Source of the DNA: a virus | Lineage: Duplodnaviria > Caudoviricetes | IMG/VR virus record: IMGVR_UViG_3300020704_000001 | Span: 1 to 64,000 of that record | DNA: 64,000 nucleotides | Direction: 5' to 3' (one strand) | In this document: positions 1 through 9,279 of the stretch, one piece after another | Numbering within the stretch: position 1 is the stretch's first letter | Layout of the letters: every line of letters begins with the position of its first letter | The notes under the pieces: model-generated | What the model saw: only the letters and a program-made list of their open reading frames with translations | Database searches by the model: none | What the model was told of the DNA's origin: nothing | Position numbers and translations under genes: made by a program

Positions 1-147
1 ACATATGGCACTTGCTGAATATCATATCTATCTTTCGTTTTGAATATATAGTCACCTTCAGGCAATGTATCTTCCCAGATCTTTTCAGCATTATACCCAA
101 ACTCTTTATTGAGTTCATCATATATATTTCTCTTTGTATAATTGTTC

Positions 148-364
148 TAATACCGTTGAATCTTACGGTCTACTGATAATGGATTCTTTTTCTTGTCTTG
201 GGTACGTGACGCATATATTACATAGTCAGCATTATGTGAAGATGCAAGTTTTTTACTACTTTGAATAGGAGTTCATGTCCAGTAGTCGGTGGATTGAATC
301 TGCCAAAGGCAAACACCACACTTTTTGAAGGCAATTCTTTGATTAGCTGTCTGTAATTCTTCAT
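148..364 (-). pseudogene. Disrupted cytidylyltransferase-like (nucleotidyltransferase) gene
   Basis: Manual translation from ATG at 364: MKNYRQLIKELPSKSVVFAFGRFNPPTTGHELLFKVVK (GRFNPPTxGH motif). One base is missing in the T6 run at 249-254; the shifted frame gives LASSHNADYVIYASRTQDKKKNPLSVDRKIQRY then TAG at 148-150. Late promoter at 398-405. Confidence 0.7.
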
Positions 365-397
365 TTAATCCATCTATATAATATTGCGGTAATATAT

Positions 398-405
398 TAT
401 TTATA
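398..405 (-). promoter_or_regulatory. T4-type late promoter TATAAATA
   Basis: tatttata on + strand, 34 nt upstream of the ATG at 364. Confidence 0.6.
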
Positions 406-421
406 CATCATAATGACTCAA

Positions 422-1168
422 TTAACTTAATTCTTTAATTGTGAATGCAAACCATACATCTAATTTAGTAGCATTATCTACACGTCTCATACATAAAGTT
501 AACATATTTGGGCTTCCTCCACCATGTAAATCCGCTGGACCTTCATCACCACTGGTGTTTTTACCTATAATAACTCCACTATGCCGCATATATGTTCCAT
601 TTGGTACAGTAAAGGTATTACCTTGATTACTAGAGTATATATCTTGATAAACACGATATTGACTATGCACGCCAAATGTAGTCCAAGCTGGAATGGCAGC
701 ACCAGAAATAGTTAGTGGACCTTCATACCACTCATAGATAATTGTACTTTGATTGGCATTATTATTACCAATTTCATATTCAATAATTTCAATTATATCA
801 GCAGCATTTGCACTACCATTTTGAAAGCTAACCACTGGTCGCATAGTATTGTCCATTGTCCAACCACGATTAGTATTGGTAGCATGATTATTGAATGCAT
901 ATAAATCGCCAGCTGGTTCTTCAGCAATTACTGTAATGACATTAGTGATTGTAGCATTTACATTACCACTAACTGGTATTGGGTTACCTACATCATTAGT
1001 AATTTCTACCGTTCCTGATACTGGTTGAGTTGCTGGAAAGTTATCAATAGAAATATGTTCTAATGCCGATAAAGTATTAGTATCTAATGCAACTGTTCCT
1101 GATACTGGTATTGGATTACCAACATCATTCTTAATCTCACCATCATAGGGTTTAAACAAATATGTCAT
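422..1168 (-). CDS. Hypothetical protein, probably virion-associated
   Basis: Long ORF; likely start MTYLFKP (ATGA overlap with the upstream stop, GGAG SD); internal repeat EIxNDVGNPIPVSGxV twice. Confidence 0.6.
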   Translation of the reverse strand: MTYLFKPYDGEIKNDVGNPIPVSGTVALDTNTLSALEHISIDNFPATQPVSGTVEITNDVGNPIPVSGNVNATITNVITVIAEEPAGDLYAFNNHATNTNRGWTMDNTMRPVVSFQNGSANAADIIEIIEYEIGNNNANQSTIIYEWYEGPLTISGAAIPAWTTFGVHSQYRVYQDIYSSNQGNTFTVPNGTYMRHSGVIIGKNTSGDEGPADLHGGGSPNMLTLCMRRVDNATKLDVWFAFTIKELS

Positions 1169-2127
1169 ACAATTCTCCAACCATTTCTATAAATTAATTG
1201 TGTTCCACCATTATTGATTTGAATAATGAAACCGCCTGCATCATTATCTACATTGCCAACTACTGTAATAGGATTTGTTTCTGCATTACCAGATTCATCT
1301 TTGATGATTAACATTCTACCTGAACTAGGAGTAAGAGGTAATATAATTGTTACTGGACCAGCATAGTTAACACCAACATAATAATCAGAGTCATTTACTG
1401 AATATGTTGCAGTAGTAACTAATGTCGTTGTGTAAACAATATCATGTGGATTTACTTCAGCAAATTCGAATTTCTTTGATGTATTATTATATCTCATGTA
1501 GCGCATATCGTAAATACTAGAACGATCTACGTCATCTAACCATCTGAGATTTACTTCACCACCACCAGGACCTGCCATAGAAACTTTAGTTAACCAATTC
1601 TCCATATATTGAAGTTTATCGGTTATAGCTTTCATTTCAGGATTTACTTTTTGTAATTTTGGTTGATTAAATAAATCAACATTTGTTTTGAATAATTTGT
1701 CATATGTAGCAGGATTTAATAATTTATTTTGCTTCGTTGCTTCTATAATCAATAATTCTTCAGTTATTTCAGGAATAGATTCTTCTGAAACTTCTTCTAA
1801 CATAATTGGAATAATTTCGTGTTCAAAAATTGATTCAATTTCAGGAATAGATTCTTCTTCAACAATTTCTATTTTTTCTTCTTTTGATTGGAAAATAGAT
1901 AAAAATTCTTTTTCGTTTATTTTATCTATTTTCTTTTGTTTCTTTTCTTTTTCTTTTTCAGTTTTAATTTCTAATTCTAAAATAGAAAGAAATGAATCTC
2001 CTTTAAGATTATCAAAAAGAGAAGAAAATTTTGGTGGATTAAGAATGATCTCTGTTTGTTTAGTAACATTCTCTAATTCTTTTTTCCCTTCAGATACAAT
2101 TTCTAGAAAATCGTTTAAATCGTTCAT
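1165..2127 (-). CDS. Hypothetical protein (acidic N-terminus, GGGEVNLRWLDDV motif, beta-rich C-terminal domain seen in phage structural proteins)
   Basis: 320 aa ORF; CTAAATA late-type promoter near 2160-2166 on - strand. Confidence 0.6.
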   Translation of the reverse strand: MNDLNDFLEIVSEGKKELENVTKQTEIILNPPKFSSLFDNLKGDSFLSILELEIKTEKEKEKKQKKIDKINEKEFLSIFQSKEEKIEIVEEESIPEIESIFEHEIIPIMLEEVSEESIPEITEELLIIEATKQNKLLNPATYDKLFKTNVDLFNQPKLQKVNPEMKAITDKLQYMENWLTKVSMAGPGGGEVNLRWLDDVDRSSIYDMRYMRYNNTSKKFEFAEVNPHDIVYTTTLVTTATYSVNDSDYYVGVNYAGPVTIILPLTPSSGRMLIIKDESGNAETNPITVVGNVDNDAGGFIIQINNGGTQLIYRNGWRIV

Positions 2128-2228
2128 TAATATTATACCAATATTCGTGTTTATATTAATATTTAGTCATTGAAAAATTGTATTTACTAAATAGAGGGAA
2201 GTACAATGGTTTTTAATATAGGAGTAAA

Positions 2229-2444
2229 ATGATGGACGATATTGCAGGTAAAGTGTTATATATATTTCATAGACTAAGAGAACCTTCATCTCATGCTGCG
2301 ATTTGTGGGTTATTGGCATTAATAGGACAACATATCCCTGATGAAACTTGGAATGCAACTATAAATGGATTAGCTGTATTGTTTGGTATTGTTGGTGTGT
2401 TTGTAGCTGAATCGACACCTAAAACAAAGGTAGATGGATTTTAA
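2229..2444 (+). CDS. Small membrane protein, holin-like
   Basis: GGAG SD; two hydrophobic segments, RLREPSS motif, charged C-terminal tail; CTAAATA upstream (~2187). Confidence 0.5.
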   Translation: MMDDIAGKVLYIFHRLREPSSHAAICGLLALIGQHIPDETWNATINGLAVLFGIVGVFVAESTPKTKVDGF

Positions 2445-2634
2445 TAAAAATTGGCTTTGTATTATTATGTTTGGACTATTAATTGATAGTTGTACATACA
2501 GATTAGCACCAGATACAACTGTTAAATGTAAACCAGATGTACATTTAAATAAAGATTTAAACTTATTAAATTCTGATGGTACAGCAAATTTAGATACAGC
2601 ACATATCATGCCAGGATTTAACTGTATATTTTAG
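2434..2634 (+). CDS. Small secreted protein or putative lipoprotein
   Basis: Hydrophobic N-terminus ending LLIDSC (imperfect lipobox); overlaps the upstream membrane gene. Confidence 0.4.
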   Translation: MDFNKNWLCIIMFGLLIDSCTYRLAPDTTVKCKPDVHLNKDLNLLNSDGTANLDTAHIMPGFNCIF

Positions 2635-2696
2635 AAAATATATATTATGAGTAATTTGGAAGGAAACAAAATCCCAATTCTAGATTGAAAGGGAAA

Positions 2697-2843
2697 ATGG
2701 AAAGAGACAGGACTGTAGACTTTAAAAGGATGTTAAAAGAAAGTAAGAGAAAACAATATTCAAAGAAAAATAAATCACAAAATGGAATTAATATAGATTT
2801 TGATCACGAAATATTATCTTTTATTAGGTCTTTATTTAAATGA
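2697..2843 (+). CDS. Hypothetical 48 aa basic protein (not in ORF track)
   Basis: MERDRTVDFKRMLKESKRKQ...IRSLFK, purine-rich SD, ends just before a terminator. Confidence 0.4.
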   Translation: MERDRTVDFKRMLKESKRKQYSKKNKSQNGINIDFDHEILSFIRSLFK

Positions 2844-2847
2844 TAGA

Positions 2848-2876
2848 AGGGGAGCATAAAACTCCCCTCTTTTTTT
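2848..2876 (+). terminator. Rho-independent terminator between convergent genes
   Basis: AGGGGAG/CTCCCCT stem followed by T7. Confidence 0.8.
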
Positions 2877-3033
2877 ACTTAGAATTTAGATTATTAATTC
2901 TACGTTGAATTTTATCTTTATCTTTCGGTCTTGAAGATTTATCTCGAAGTTCAGATAATTGTGTTAATGTTAAAGGTTTTAATTTAATTCTATCATTTCT
3001 TGTTCTTAAAGGGTTTCTTTTTCTAATTGCCAT
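2875..3033 (-). CDS. Hypothetical basic protein
   Basis: Likely start MAIRKRNPLR with GGAG SD; Lys/Arg-rich. Confidence 0.55.
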   Translation of the reverse strand: MAIRKRNPLRTRNDRIKLKPLTLTQLSELRDKSSRPKDKDKIQRRINNLNSK

Positions 3034-3037
3034 ATTA

Positions 3038-3415
3038 TTACTCCGTTGCTTCATTAAAATCATCATCAATGTCAACATGTTCCAATAAATCCTCAAACAT
3101 ATCGTTAACAATCTTATATGAATTTTTGGTCTTTTTACATATTATACCAAAAAATCCACATTCTATTAATCCACCAATATAATGCCATGGATTTCCAATT
3201 ATCGCTTCAAACATTTCTAACTTAGAAATAGAACCATCCGACATTTCGTTATATGTTATAACATGATACTTCAATCCTAATTCATGTGTTTCAATTGGTT
3301 TTTCTTTTTTCTTATATGTAAATGGAGCTACATCTAATTCATCATTGTCATCTAATGTAAATTCAAATCCATCATGTTCTTCTTCGCTATAAACTTCTTT
3401 TAAATACCGTTTCAA
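3038..3415 (-). CDS. Hypothetical acidic protein
   Basis: 125 aa ORF, AGGAG SD. Confidence 0.6.
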   Translation of the reverse strand: MKRYLKEVYSEEEHDGFEFTLDDNDELDVAPFTYKKKEKPIETHELGLKYHVITYNEMSDGSISKLEMFEAIIGNPWHYIGGLIECGFFGIICKKTKNSYKIVNDMFEDLLEHVDIDDDFNEATE

Positions 3416-3454
3416 TATAGAACACTCCTGTGAGTATGTTTTTATTATATTTAT

Positions 3455-4306
3455 TTAAAATTCGTCAATACATTCCAACAACATATTCAATCTGTGTTTG
3501 ATAAAATATTTCATTATTGCATTTTTTGAACCAGTTTGCTCTATATCATATTCTTCAACAATTTTTGATTTGATATCTTGAGGGATCATAGTCAAATCAA
3601 TTAATAATTTATTTCTTTGAATATTTCTATAATAATCAATTCCTGGATTACTAAAATCCTCAGTTAATAATTTTTCTTTAATTTTTGCTGTTAATCGTTT
3701 TTGTCTAATATTAAGAACAAATACATCATCATTTGAAAGGCAACTAGGAATACCATCACCCTTATCTCCTGTTAAAATCTTTTCTTTTAATTCTAAGTGC
3801 GGATCAGCAGATTTAACAAATACTTTCAACATAGGATTAAATTGTTTTACATTTGGATATTGATGTAATTGTTTAAAATCACCATCAGAACTAATAATAA
3901 GAACTGGTTGATGAACAGATAATCTTGGCACCAATGTTCCAATCACATCATCAGCTTCAGCACGTTCTACTTCTATCAATTTATATGAAAAGGTTTCTTT
4001 TAGATCTGATTTAACTTCTGTCATAACTTCAAATAACAATTCCCAATCAATATCAGAATTTTCTCTGCTCTTCTTTCTTCCAGATTTGTAATAAGGAAAT
4101 ACTTCTTTCCTCCAATACTTTCTAGAATCACAAGCAATTACAATTTCGTTGTAATCTCTTTTAAATTTAAAAACAATAGCTCTAATAGAATTTAATATTA
4201 GATGACGACATAAGTCCTTATCCATCGTTTTAGTTCTTGTAGAAGCCATTGCAGATTGTATACCACCAATAACAACCTGCGAAAAATCTATAATCATCAC
4301 ACCCAT
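3455..4306 (-). CDS. rnh: T4-type RNase H (5'-3' exonuclease, FEN family)
   Basis: IIDFSQ, YWRKEVFPYYK, EADDVIG, SSDGDFKQL, GDKGDGIP motifs. Confidence 0.95.
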   Translation of the reverse strand: MGVMIIDFSQVVIGGIQSAMASTRTKTMDKDLCRHLILNSIRAIVFKFKRDYNEIVIACDSRKYWRKEVFPYYKSGRKKSRENSDIDWELLFEVMTEVKSDLKETFSYKLIEVERAEADDVIGTLVPRLSVHQPVLIISSDGDFKQLHQYPNVKQFNPMLKVFVKSADPHLELKEKILTGDKGDGIPSCLSNDDVFVLNIRQKRLTAKIKEKLLTEDFSNPGIDYYRNIQRNKLLIDLTMIPQDIKSKIVEEYDIEQTGSKNAIMKYFIKHRLNMLLECIDEF

Positions 4307-4345
4307 ACTATACCTTATTCATCAATTTTATGTTTACTTTATAAT

Positions 4346-4374
4346 ATTATACTATAGATTCATATATTAGTCAA
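4346..4374 (-). promoter_or_regulatory. sigma70-type early promoter for rnh
   Basis: TTGACT-17nt-TATAAT on - strand. Confidence 0.8.
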
Positions 4375-4380
4375 GCACAT

Positions 4381-4569
4381 TTATCCACACAAATAATTTT
4401 GTACAGATTTGACTTGTAATACTTGATTCTCATTAACATATCCATAAATCATCCTTCCACTCGAAAGTGTGTGAACAATACTTGCATTCTGTAATGTTTC
4501 GTTTACCCTAACATCATTAAATCTCAATTTTAATTCAGTAAGTTCTTGTTGTGTAAATTCAGGTATCAT
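4381..4569 (-). CDS. Hypothetical protein
   Basis: 62 aa ORF, ATGA-coupled to the gp52 stop. Confidence 0.55.
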   Translation of the reverse strand: MIPEFTQQELTELKLRFNDVRVNETLQNASIVHTLSSGRMIYGYVNENQVLQVKSVQNYLCG

Positions 4570-5876
4570 AACGACTCCAATTCTTGTGTATATAAAGTTA
4601 AGTTTGTGGTTTCTAACAATTCAGCCTTTCTTTCGGATAAATTCTTTAATGAAGTTTTTAGTTGATCAATTTTATCTTTTGTCAAATTATATATTTTTAA
4701 TTCCAACATATTAATGTTAAATGATTCTTTTTTAAAGATTTCAATTAATTCTATTTTATTAGCGTTTCTAAATAAATCTACATTATTTAAATAATAATTT
4801 ATAAATCTAATCTTTTCACTTTCAGAAATAATATCTTGTTCAACAATTTCTAATAATTTAACAATTCTATCTGTATATATTTTTAATCTGAATTCAATAA
4901 AATAATCAATTATATCTCTAACATCAGTAAACTTACGAATTTTTCCAGTCTCTAACCAACAAGTTAAATTTTCTGTTATTGTTGTTGATAATTTTAATTT
5001 ATCTAATAATGTTTCATCATCTATTGTATTTAGAATGCCTCGCTGAAAATACACATCAATATCAAAACATTCTTCTGTAGAATTATCATCATAATCTTTA
5101 ATAAATGAAGCGTCAATCAGCTTATTTAAATGCTTCTTGGCATCGTCTAAATACATTCCTATAGGTAACTCTATGATTTTAATTTGCGTAGCTGAAACAC
5201 GCTGAAATGACCCTTGTATTTGATATTTCGTATCTTCTACATGTTTAACATTTCCTTTAAAATTTCTAAAGTTTGGCAACAATTTAAATTTAGAAGTAGA
5301 TTTTCCAGACAATTTTGCCTTTATATAGTCAGCCAATTCTTTATCATTCCTAGCAAGAATATTTGAAGCGAATCCAGTACCAATACCCTGTGAAGAATTC
5401 AATAAAATCCCAGGAAGAACAGGAACAAAGAATCTAGGTTCAATTCTATCATCATCTTCATACAAATATTCTAAAATAATATCATCTTCTTTTTTAAAGA
5501 ATGTTCTAAAATTTTTTGATAACTTTGTAAAAATATACCTTGGTGATGCTGGAACAGGAGATAATCTTGAACCGAATTGACCGATTGGGTCTAACCAATT
5601 CAGATTATTTGATCCAGCAAAATCTTGAGCCATATTTGATATAACATTAGATAATCCTTGTTCGCCATGATGATACTGTGAATAATTTGCAGTCAAAGAA
5701 CCTAATTGGGCAACCTTATATTCTGATGTAATATTTTTCTCAACACAAGTATATAAAACTTTTCTTTGAGAAATTTTAAGACCATCTATCAGATTCGGAA
5801 TAGACCTCTCATTATCATAATTTGCATAAGGTCTGTATTGTGTATCAAAAAACTTATTAATTGTTAATTCTTTCAT
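4566..5876 (-). CDS. 52: DNA topoisomerase II medium subunit (gp52, GyrA-like)
   Basis: IDGLKISQRK, YHHGE, GQFGSR, ASPRYI (catalytic Tyr), GIGTGF. Confidence 0.95.
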   Translation of the reverse strand: MKELTINKFFDTQYRPYANYDNERSIPNLIDGLKISQRKVLYTCVEKNITSEYKVAQLGSLTANYSQYHHGEQGLSNVISNMAQDFAGSNNLNWLDPIGQFGSRLSPVPASPRYIFTKLSKNFRTFFKKEDDIILEYLYEDDDRIEPRFFVPVLPGILLNSSQGIGTGFASNILARNDKELADYIKAKLSGKSTSKFKLLPNFRNFKGNVKHVEDTKYQIQGSFQRVSATQIKIIELPIGMYLDDAKKHLNKLIDASFIKDYDDNSTEECFDIDVYFQRGILNTIDDETLLDKLKLSTTITENLTCWLETGKIRKFTDVRDIIDYFIEFRLKIYTDRIVKLLEIVEQDIISESEKIRFINYYLNNVDLFRNANKIELIEIFKKESFNINMLELKIYNLTKDKIDQLKTSLKNLSERKAELLETTNLTLYTQELESL

Positions 5877-7750
5877 ACATTATCACCTATTCCCAACCAT
5901 TCTTTTCTTTTATCTGTCATTCCTGAATCTTTTGAAAATTGTAAATTAAATATATCCAAATCAGATAACCCTTCAGTTGTAACAACTTCTAGATTTTGTT
6001 CTAAATTTGAAAGATAATCTTTCCACTCTGAACTAGAACTTGTTCCTAATCCTTTGAAATACTTTGATTCATATTTTTCGCCTTTATGTTCATCTTTCCA
6101 TGCTTGGAAATCATCTACAGAATAAAAACTTAGTGTTTTACCTTTCATTTTAACCTTTACAATTGGTGTATTTAAAATACAAATAACCTTTAAATCAAAA
6201 AGTTCTGGCCAGAATTTATAAAATGCATTTATTAATAATCCTCGAATACCATAACCATCAAGATCTTGATCTGAGCTTATAATAATTCTTCTAAATCGAA
6301 TATCTTCAATAGATTTTACTTTCTCAGCAAAATTTAATCCAGTAATTGTCATAATATTCTTAAATTCTTTATTTTCAAGAATATCTTTTAAATCCATTGG
6401 CGTAACATTAATTGGTTTTCCTCGAAGAGGAAAACAAGCCATAGTTTTTGGATCCCTACCTGATAATAAACCAGAAAGAGCAGAATCACCTTCTGCTAAT
6501 AATAAAATAGCTTCATTTCTCTGTTTTGTTGAAGCATCATGAAACTTCTCAACTCTTTTTGGATCAGATTTGTCAAGATTTTTATTAGCCTTTCTAAGAT
6601 CAGCCATCAATTGTGCTTTTTCTTTAGCTGAAATCCAATCCAATATTGATTGAACAATATCAGTTTTTAAAATAGCTTTAATAAATTTATCAGAAACTGT
6701 CCAAGCAGTTTTCCATTCTGATGATGGAGAAATCATATTTTCTTTTGTTTGAGAAGAAAACCTAGGACGATTTAAAGTACCAAAAATAAACACTCTAATA
6801 TGATTACGAATGTCTGACGGTTTCACATCAACTTTATGTTTCTTTTTAAAGTGCTCTCGCAATTTGGCTGTAATTTGATCCATCACATAATTCACATGAG
6901 TTCCGCCTTGATATGTTTCAACAGAATTAATGAATGAAATTTGTTCAAATCCATCAGAATTTGTAATTCCAATATTCCAATTCTCATTAGAATCTGTTAA
7001 ATATTCATCAGCATACAAAGCAACATAATCATCAAACGATTTAAATTTAATTAGATCACCATTAAAATAAAATTTAATGTTAAGGTTACATGCTGCTGCA
7101 TCTATTACCTTTTTATAGATTTTATCTGTATGATCTTGATCCATTCCAGAAATCTTAAAAAACTCATAATCAGGAGTAAATGTAATTTTAGTTCCATTTT
7201 TTGTAAAATCTTTTATTTCTGGTTCTGAACGTTCCCTCATCCCATCCCAGAAATTTTGAGTTAATTTCTTTTTACCATCACACGATTCGACTTTAAAATT
7301 TGAAGATAAAACATTTGTTAAGGTACTACCAACACCATTTGTTCCAATTAAAGATTGGTCTTCATCATCATTGAAGTTAGAACCAGCCCTTAAATTAGAG
7401 AAAACAGTTTCAGCTATATAAGTTCCTGTTTGTTCATGAATTTGGACAGGAATCCCTCTACCATTATCAGAAATAGAAATTTCATCAAATGTTATATCAA
7501 CTTTAATTTGATTTAATGTTTCCGGAGCTCGTTTTCCTTCATCAATAGCATTATCAAGAATTTCAGAAAAGATTTTAACAAATGCTGGAATATAAGAAAC
7601 TTCTTTCTTTTCCATTTTATTAATTTCTTTATTTAAAATCCATTCTATAGAAGATTGTCTAGAGACAGATCCAGCGTACATTCCAGTTCTCGCACGAATA
7701 TGTGATATTTCATCAAGAACTTTATATGTTTGTTGTATATGTTTTGTCAT
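5873..7750 (-). CDS. 39: DNA topoisomerase II large subunit (gp39+gp60 in one ORF, GyrB-like)
   Basis: GHKL motifs EILDNAID, DNGRGIP, GTNGVG; TOPRIM motifs EGDSA, PLRGK, DQDLDG; YFKGLG. Confidence 0.95.
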   Translation of the reverse strand: MTKHIQQTYKVLDEISHIRARTGMYAGSVSRQSSIEWILNKEINKMEKKEVSYIPAFVKIFSEILDNAIDEGKRAPETLNQIKVDITFDEISISDNGRGIPVQIHEQTGTYIAETVFSNLRAGSNFNDDEDQSLIGTNGVGSTLTNVLSSNFKVESCDGKKKLTQNFWDGMRERSEPEIKDFTKNGTKITFTPDYEFFKISGMDQDHTDKIYKKVIDAAACNLNIKFYFNGDLIKFKSFDDYVALYADEYLTDSNENWNIGITNSDGFEQISFINSVETYQGGTHVNYVMDQITAKLREHFKKKHKVDVKPSDIRNHIRVFIFGTLNRPRFSSQTKENMISPSSEWKTAWTVSDKFIKAILKTDIVQSILDWISAKEKAQLMADLRKANKNLDKSDPKRVEKFHDASTKQRNEAILLLAEGDSALSGLLSGRDPKTMACFPLRGKPINVTPMDLKDILENKEFKNIMTITGLNFAEKVKSIEDIRFRRIIISSDQDLDGYGIRGLLINAFYKFWPELFDLKVICILNTPIVKVKMKGKTLSFYSVDDFQAWKDEHKGEKYESKYFKGLGTSSSSEWKDYLSNLEQNLEVVTTEGLSDLDIFNLQFSKDSGMTDKRKEWLGIGDNV

Positions 7751-7760
7751 ATTTTCTAGT

Positions 7761-7787
7761 AAAGAAAAGCAGGATTTTAACCTGCTT
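7761..7787 (-). terminator. Possible intrinsic terminator or attenuator upstream of gene 39
   Basis: AAGCAGG/CCTGCTT stem followed by U-rich tract on - strand. Confidence 0.5.
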
Positions 7788-7801
7788 AATTTGAATTGAG
7801 A

Positions 7802-8077
7802 TTAGAATGTCACTAAAGTATGATTAGAATAAATTTGTTTTATTGAATCAATTCTAAATGATCTCCAACCAGCATTATCAATATCCCATACTGATAACAC
7901 ATTTGGATTATCAACTTTAGATGTTTTTTCTACAGATTCAACAACTTCTTTTTTCGAAACTGGAATAATATGTTCTTGTAAAGTACAATGTAATGTACGT
8001 TCAGTCCCATCAACTTTCGTAAAAGTAATTTCTGCAGTATCATTCTTTAAGTATTTTTTTATTTGTTCTTTGTCCAT
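7802..8077 (-). CDS. Conserved T4-like SH3/WYL-like protein
   Basis: ITFTKVDGTERTLHCTL ... VWDIDNAGWRSFRIDSI signature. Confidence 0.75.
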   Translation of the reverse strand: MDKEQIKKYLKNDTAEITFTKVDGTERTLHCTLQEHIIPVSKKEVVESVEKTSKVDNPNVLSVWDIDNAGWRSFRIDSIKQIYSNHTLVTF

Positions 8078-8108
8078 AATTATATCACCAATTTCATGTT
8101 AAAAATTT

Positions 8109-8137
8109 ATTATAATATAAACCCTAATAAATGTCAA
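8109..8137 (-). promoter_or_regulatory. sigma70-type early promoter
   Basis: Perfect TTGACA-17nt-TATAAT on - strand. Confidence 0.85.
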
Positions 8138-8144
8138 CCACCAT

Positions 8145-8441
8145 TTAAAGAAGGAAAAATGCTAATACAACAAAGATCCCAAAACCAGTAATTAATTGTA
8201 GTTTACAAAATTCTGCTTTTTGATTCTTTACAGTATCTTCTTTAATTGACCTTTTCAATTCTTCTTCTGTCTCAAAAGAAGTTTCATAAGGAACAGAAGC
8301 AAAAGGATTTTTAATTTCTAAAAGTTCATCAACGACAAGTTGATTGTTTTCGTCACTAAGTTTAGATAAAATTTCTTTTTCAACATTTTCAATATGATTT
8401 TTCAATTTTGATCTATTTTTATTTGAAACTTTTAATGCCAT
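8145..8441 (-). CDS. Hypothetical protein with C-terminal membrane anchor
   Basis: Ends LITGFGIFVVLAFFLL. Confidence 0.55.
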   Translation of the reverse strand: MALKVSNKNRSKLKNHIENVEKEILSKLSDENNQLVVDELLEIKNPFASVPYETSFETEEELKRSIKEDTVKNQKAEFCKLQLITGFGIFVVLAFFLL

Positions 8442-8443
8442 AT

Positions 8444-8602
8444 TTATTGTACCTTTGGAACTATTTGTGGATTTTTATCTAAATTCGAAATAACCTTGTC
8501 CATCAATTCTTGATCTACTGGAGAAACAAATGGTTTTGGTTCAACAGCTGGCTCTTTAGGAATTTCTTGATACGCTTTTCTAATACTATCTAAAATAGAC
8601 AT
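8444..8602 (-). CDS. Hypothetical protein
   Basis: Likely start MSILDSIRKAY. Confidence 0.5.
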   Translation of the reverse strand: MSILDSIRKAYQEIPKEPAVEPKPFVSPVDQELMDKVISNLDKNPQIVPKVQ

Positions 8603-8738
8603 CTTTTCTCTTCTTTTTTTGTTGATTATCATCAGAATCAAAAAATTGATTCTTTTTCGGTTTAGAACTTTTTATTTTATGTTTTGTTGGATGAAAATTG
8701 TTGAAATCTTCAAGTAACAGATCATTATACTTTTTCAT
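8586..8738 (-). CDS. Hypothetical 50 aa protein (not in ORF track)
   Basis: MKKYNDLLLEDFNNFHPTKHKIKSSKPKK...DVYFR; fills the gap in the operon. Confidence 0.45.
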   Translation of the reverse strand: MKKYNDLLLEDFNNFHPTKHKIKSSKPKKNQFFDSDDNQQKKKRKDVYFR

Positions 8739-8745
8739 GTTGATT

Positions 8746-9174
8746 TTAACCTAACAATCCAGGGAAAATTTCTTTAACTAATTCTTCAGTCAAACCTTCA
8801 ATTTGTAAATCTTTTTGCATCATATTGAACCAAATTTGAGCTTCTTTAGGTTCAAATGATTCAAGTAGTTGAAGTAATAGATTATGTCTTTTCTTTTCTG
8901 TTAAAGAATCAGCTGTTGGATCACCTTTAAGAAACAGATAAACTTTTCTTATTTCTGATTCAATTCCAGCAATTCTAATTCCAGGAAATGTATCTGGTTT
9001 AATATAATCATCAGGAAAAGATTCTTCAACATAGAATTGATATTTTGGATCAAATGTATATTTTAGAACTTCTTTGAAGTAAGTAAATTGATTAGAAATT
9101 AGAACTTGTTTCTTTTCTTCAATTGTAGGAGCAGATTCAAATTTAGTTAAAATCTCATAAATATTAGGAGTCAT
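8746..9174 (-). CDS. Conserved T4-like hypothetical protein (DUF6433-like)
   Basis: IYEIL...LKYTFDP...LQLLESFEPKEA...LVKEIFPGLL pattern typical of this family. Confidence 0.65.
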   Translation of the reverse strand: MTPNIYEILTKFESAPTIEEKKQVLISNQFTYFKEVLKYTFDPKYQFYVEESFPDDYIKPDTFPGIRIAGIESEIRKVYLFLKGDPTADSLTEKKRHNLLLQLLESFEPKEAQIWFNMMQKDLQIEGLTEELVKEIFPGLLG

Positions 9175-9236
9175 AATTTTCTTTAATGTAGTTAATAAAA
9201 TTTTGTTGTATAGAACTTAATTTAAATTCTACTGTT

Positions 9237-9265
9237 AGTATATATTAATTTTAATTTTTTGTCAA
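9237..9265 (-). promoter_or_regulatory. sigma70-type early promoter
   Basis: TTGACA-17nt-TATACT on - strand. Confidence 0.75.
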
Positions 9266-9279
9266 TTAAAATTTAAATA

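Noticed and set aside
148-150. TAG stop-codon reassignment suggested by the in-frame TAG
   Set aside because: TAG ends gp32 (14764) and gp3 (63495) at their expected C-termini, and core genes are intact in the standard code.
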